DNA of 46,343 nt from Candidatus Nomurabacteria bacterium RIFCSPLOWO2_01_FULL_41_18 (lineage in GTDB: Bacteria; Patescibacteriota; Minisyncoccia; Phycocordibacterales; UBA9973): assembly GCA_001785865.1 (NCBI GenBank), contig MFUZ01000008.1, forward strand, positions 1 through 46,343, read 5' to 3'. The translations under genes and the position numbers were made by a program. Under the pieces are notes generated by a model. It saw nothing but the letters and a program-made list of their open reading frames with translations, did not search any database and had not been told where the DNA came from. Below, one piece after another: positions 43,719-46,343 of the stretch. Numbering within the stretch: position 1 is the stretch's first letter; each line of letters starts with the position of its first letter.

Positions 43719-44547
43719 TCGATTTTGCTACTTTTAATACATTATTCAAAAGCATAGCGACCGTCACAGGCCCGACACCTCCGGGAACGGGAGAAACATG
43801 GCCTGCAACATCTTTGACAGATTCCAAATCTACATCACCGACGATTCCCCCGCCAGACTCTGAAGTTCCAGCATCTATCAAAATTGCCCCCTCTTTTATC
43901 ATATTACCTGTAATGTATTTCCCTTTCCCCATTCCCGAAATTATAATATCAGCTTCTTTTATAAGTTGTTCTTTGTTTTCTGTTTTGCTTCTAATTACAA
44001 CAGGATTCAAGCCACGAAATTTAAGAAGTGCGGAGACGGGTTTACCTACCAACATCCCCTGCCCCAAAACAGCTATTTTCTTATTTTTTAAATCTAAATT
44101 TATAGAATCTAGTAATGCTATGCAAGAAAGCGCCGTAGGAAACCCTATCTCCGGAGCCTTTCCACCGCTGTAAAATTTTTCACTAGCAACACTACCTAAA
44201 CAATCCACATCAAGTTTTGGGTCAATAGCGTCAAAAACTTTTTGTTTATCAATATGTTCCGGCAGTGGAAGTTGAACAATAATTCCACACATATTTTCTA
44301 TTTTGTTTAAAGTATTTATTTCTTTTATCAACTCTTCGGTAGATATTGATGCAGGAAAACTTGCATGGTGAAATTTTATACCGACTGATTCTGCTTTCTT
44401 TGCTTTCATACCTACATATTGGACAGATGAAGGATCTTCCCCTGCTAGCACATCACAAAATACTGGCACAAAATCCAGATTGGAAATTCCTTTTTTTACA
44501 TTTTCCAATATATCACTAGCTAATTTTTTCCCATCAATTATATTCAT
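43711..44547 (-). CDS. folD: Methylene-THF dehydrogenase/cyclohydrolase
   Basis: IVQLPLP, KLDVD, GKPV, PVPGGVGPVT. Confidence 0.95.
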   Translation of the reverse strand: MNIIDGKKLASDILENVKKGISNLDFVPVFCDVLAGEDPSSVQYVGMKAKKAESVGIKFHHASFPASISTEELIKEINTLNKIENMCGIIVQLPLPEHIDKQKVFDAIDPKLDVDCLGSVASEKFYSGGKAPEIGFPTALSCIALLDSINLDLKNKKIAVLGQGMLVGKPVSALLKFRGLNPVVIRSKTENKEQLIKEADIIISGMGKGKYITGNMIKEGAILIDAGTSESGGGIVGDVDLESVKDVAGHVSPVPGGVGPVTVAMLLNNVLKVAKSNE

Positions 44548-44556
44548 AATTTTATT

Positions 44557-44592
44557 CCCCCTCTCCTTTACAAGGAGAGGGCTAGGGTGAGG
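44557..44592 (-). repeat. CCTCACCC-CCCTCTCCT/AGGAGAGGG repeat after rodA stop
   Basis: Hairpin directly follows TGA at 44593-44595. Confidence 0.8.
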
Positions 44593-45729
44593 TCATGCTC
44601 CCAAAAATTCATTCTTGGTATCGTCCCGATGCACCGACCGGGAATATCTTTTCATGCTCATCAAAATTCCCAAACCCGCAAATTCAAACACAAGGTGGGA
44701 ACCACCATAACTCATAAAAGGAAGCGGAATGCCGGTGACCGGCATCAACCCCAAATTCATACCTATATTTATGAGTATATGACTCATAAAGAAAATAGCA
44801 ATACCCATGCCGAAAAGTATCTCGAAATTGTAGGCCCCAAAAGTGGCAGAATATAGTATCCTCCAAATGACAGCCGCATACAGAAGCAGGATAAGAAGCG
44901 AGCCGATAAAGCCCCATTCTTCCGCAAATGCTGCAAAAATGAAATCAGCTTGTGGCTGTGGCAAGAACTTCAGGCGAGACTGCGTGCCAAACCCGAGTCC
45001 CTTGCCTGTGATCTCTCCCGAACCCACCGCCACGGTAGACTGAAAGGCATTGTAGCCCGTCCCCTGGATGTCTGTGAGTGGATGAATAAAGTTCAAGATG
45101 CGAGCTTTTTGATAAGGCGCAAAAACCAGGAACCAGAACGACGCAAGAACCACCAGGCCGACGCCAAATACCGCAAATAAATGCTTTTTAGAAATTCCGG
45201 AGACCAACACCATGCCGAGCCAAATAAGACCGATGATCATAGCCGAACCGAAGTCCGGCTGGAGCAAGACCAGGACAAAAGGCACAAATGCGTAAAATCC
45301 TGATATAAAAATATGTCTTATATCTCGAATTTCCACATGACGACGTGAAAAATATTTGGCTAGAATGAGCACTAGAACCAACTTCATCATATCAGCCGGC
45401 TGAAAAGAGAAGAATCCAAAATTTAGCCAGCTGGTCGCTCCATGAGAAGTATACCCAAGAACGAAAAGTAATACCAAGATCAGACAGTTAATGAGGAATA
45501 TAAACACCAAGACATTAGTACGTTTCAAAAAACGAAAATCTACCAAAGAAAAAACAACGAACACCATAAAGCCTGCCAAAATCCAAATGATCTGCTTGCT
45601 GAAGAACTCTCCGGCATCCTCCGAGGGAGCAAAGCTTTTCATGGTTACAAGCCCGGCGGCGATGATCGGAAGTATGAACAACAACAAAAGCCAATCTATT
45701 TTTTTTAGAGCAAAAAAGATGCTGTTCAT
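44593..45729 (-). CDS. rodA: SEDS protein RodA
   Basis: FQPADMMK, LQPDFG, ADFIFAAFAEEWG, LPFMSYGG; rodA versus ftsW not certain. Confidence 0.85.
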   Translation of the reverse strand: MNSIFFALKKIDWLLLLFILPIIAAGLVTMKSFAPSEDAGEFFSKQIIWILAGFMVFVVFSLVDFRFLKRTNVLVFIFLINCLILVLLFVLGYTSHGATSWLNFGFFSFQPADMMKLVLVLILAKYFSRRHVEIRDIRHIFISGFYAFVPFVLVLLQPDFGSAMIIGLIWLGMVLVSGISKKHLFAVFGVGLVVLASFWFLVFAPYQKARILNFIHPLTDIQGTGYNAFQSTVAVGSGEITGKGLGFGTQSRLKFLPQPQADFIFAAFAEEWGFIGSLLILLLYAAVIWRILYSATFGAYNFEILFGMGIAIFFMSHILINIGMNLGLMPVTGIPLPFMSYGGSHLVFEFAGLGILMSMKRYSRSVHRDDTKNEFLGA

Positions 45730-46343
45730 TTTAACTTCACAAGATCTATGTTATACATAGGAATTATTTCCTTGGCTATAACCTTGCCAAAAAAAGGTTC
45801 CGGCCAGGTAAAATGGATATCTTCGGCTTCTTCCGGGGAAAGCTTGTCGAGATAGGTACGGCTCGCGGAAATGGCGTTTCCGCTTGCATCGTATAAAATT
45901 ACCACGACATCGATCTCAGGAATGATAAAGAAAGAGTTGTTTTTGACTACAGCGGAAAGCACCGGGCTCGTGTCTTCACCTCTGAGAATTATTTCCGAAA
46001 CCGATACTTTGAGCTGATCTATCTTCTCTTGCGAGATCGTCACCCAATTCGGCACCTCGGTAAATTCAAAAGTGGTATAAACAGGAATGGAACTGCCGAC
46101 ATCGACTCCTGGCTCGAAGATGGCAAAGCGACCAGAAGGAGGAATAAAAGTGGAACCTTCGCGCTTGCCTATGTAGACATTGTTTGCATCCGCAAAGCGA
46201 AATCTGTACTTGATCTGACCCACCACTGCAGCATTTCTATTTTGATTTTCGAGATAAGCAACCGCATTGTAACGCCCCGGGACCACCCGAAAAGCACGAG
46301 TCCACAGCAGTGAAACAGGATCCACTTGCGCGAGGCAGGCTCG
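45726..46343 (-). CDS. Conserved hypothetical protein, 5' end outside window
   Basis: Frame stays open from GTG 46325 to window end (RACLAQVDPVSLLW...). Confidence 0.7.
   Translation of the reverse strand, partial: RACLAQVDPVSLLWTRAFRVVPGRYNAVAYLENQNRNAAVVGQIKYRFRFADANNVYIGKREGSTFIPPSGRFAIFEPGVDVGSSIPVYTTFEFTEVPNWVTISQEKIDQLKVSVSEIILRGEDTSPVLSAVVKNNSFFIIPEIDVVVILYDASGNAISASRTYLDKLSPEEAEDIHFTWPEPFFGKVIAKEIIPMYNIDLVKLK

Overview
Chromosomal window of a reduced-genome bacterium using genetic code 11. Gene content and order (pyrG-ftsX-ftsE-prfB, gatCA, htpX, lemA, secDF, folD, rodA) and the style of the hypothetical proteins point to Patescibacteria/CPR, Parcubacteria-like; that placement is an inference. 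Recognisable modules: (1) a complete diversity-generating retroelement at 1.8-4.5 kb with RT, an antisense frameshifted avd, a 116-bp TR/VR pair with 15 adenine-specific substitutions, and a target gene; (2) a CsoR-controlled copper operon; (3) trehalose synthesis genes with a sensor-fused synthase; (4) a Z1-helicase/m5C-methylase island next to tRNA-Thr; (5) a tRNA cluster with a group I intron in tRNA-Asp and two free-standing endonuclease genes (GIY-YIG, LAGLIDADG), each lying between a displaced tRNA 5' fragment and an intact tRNA whose U8-A9-G10 is its stop codon. The most striking unexplained signal is a family of six 68-120 bp elements with CCCGT(T/A)(A/C)GAA terminal inverted repeats. 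Five sit exactly at start codons (four with a perfect 6-bp ATGNAT duplication), one rewrites the C-terminus of release factor 2, and a matching end overlaps the stop of a GIY-YIG gene. Several other short palindrome families are inserted in frame in CopA, a TauE-like protein and RF2. All alignments were done by eye.
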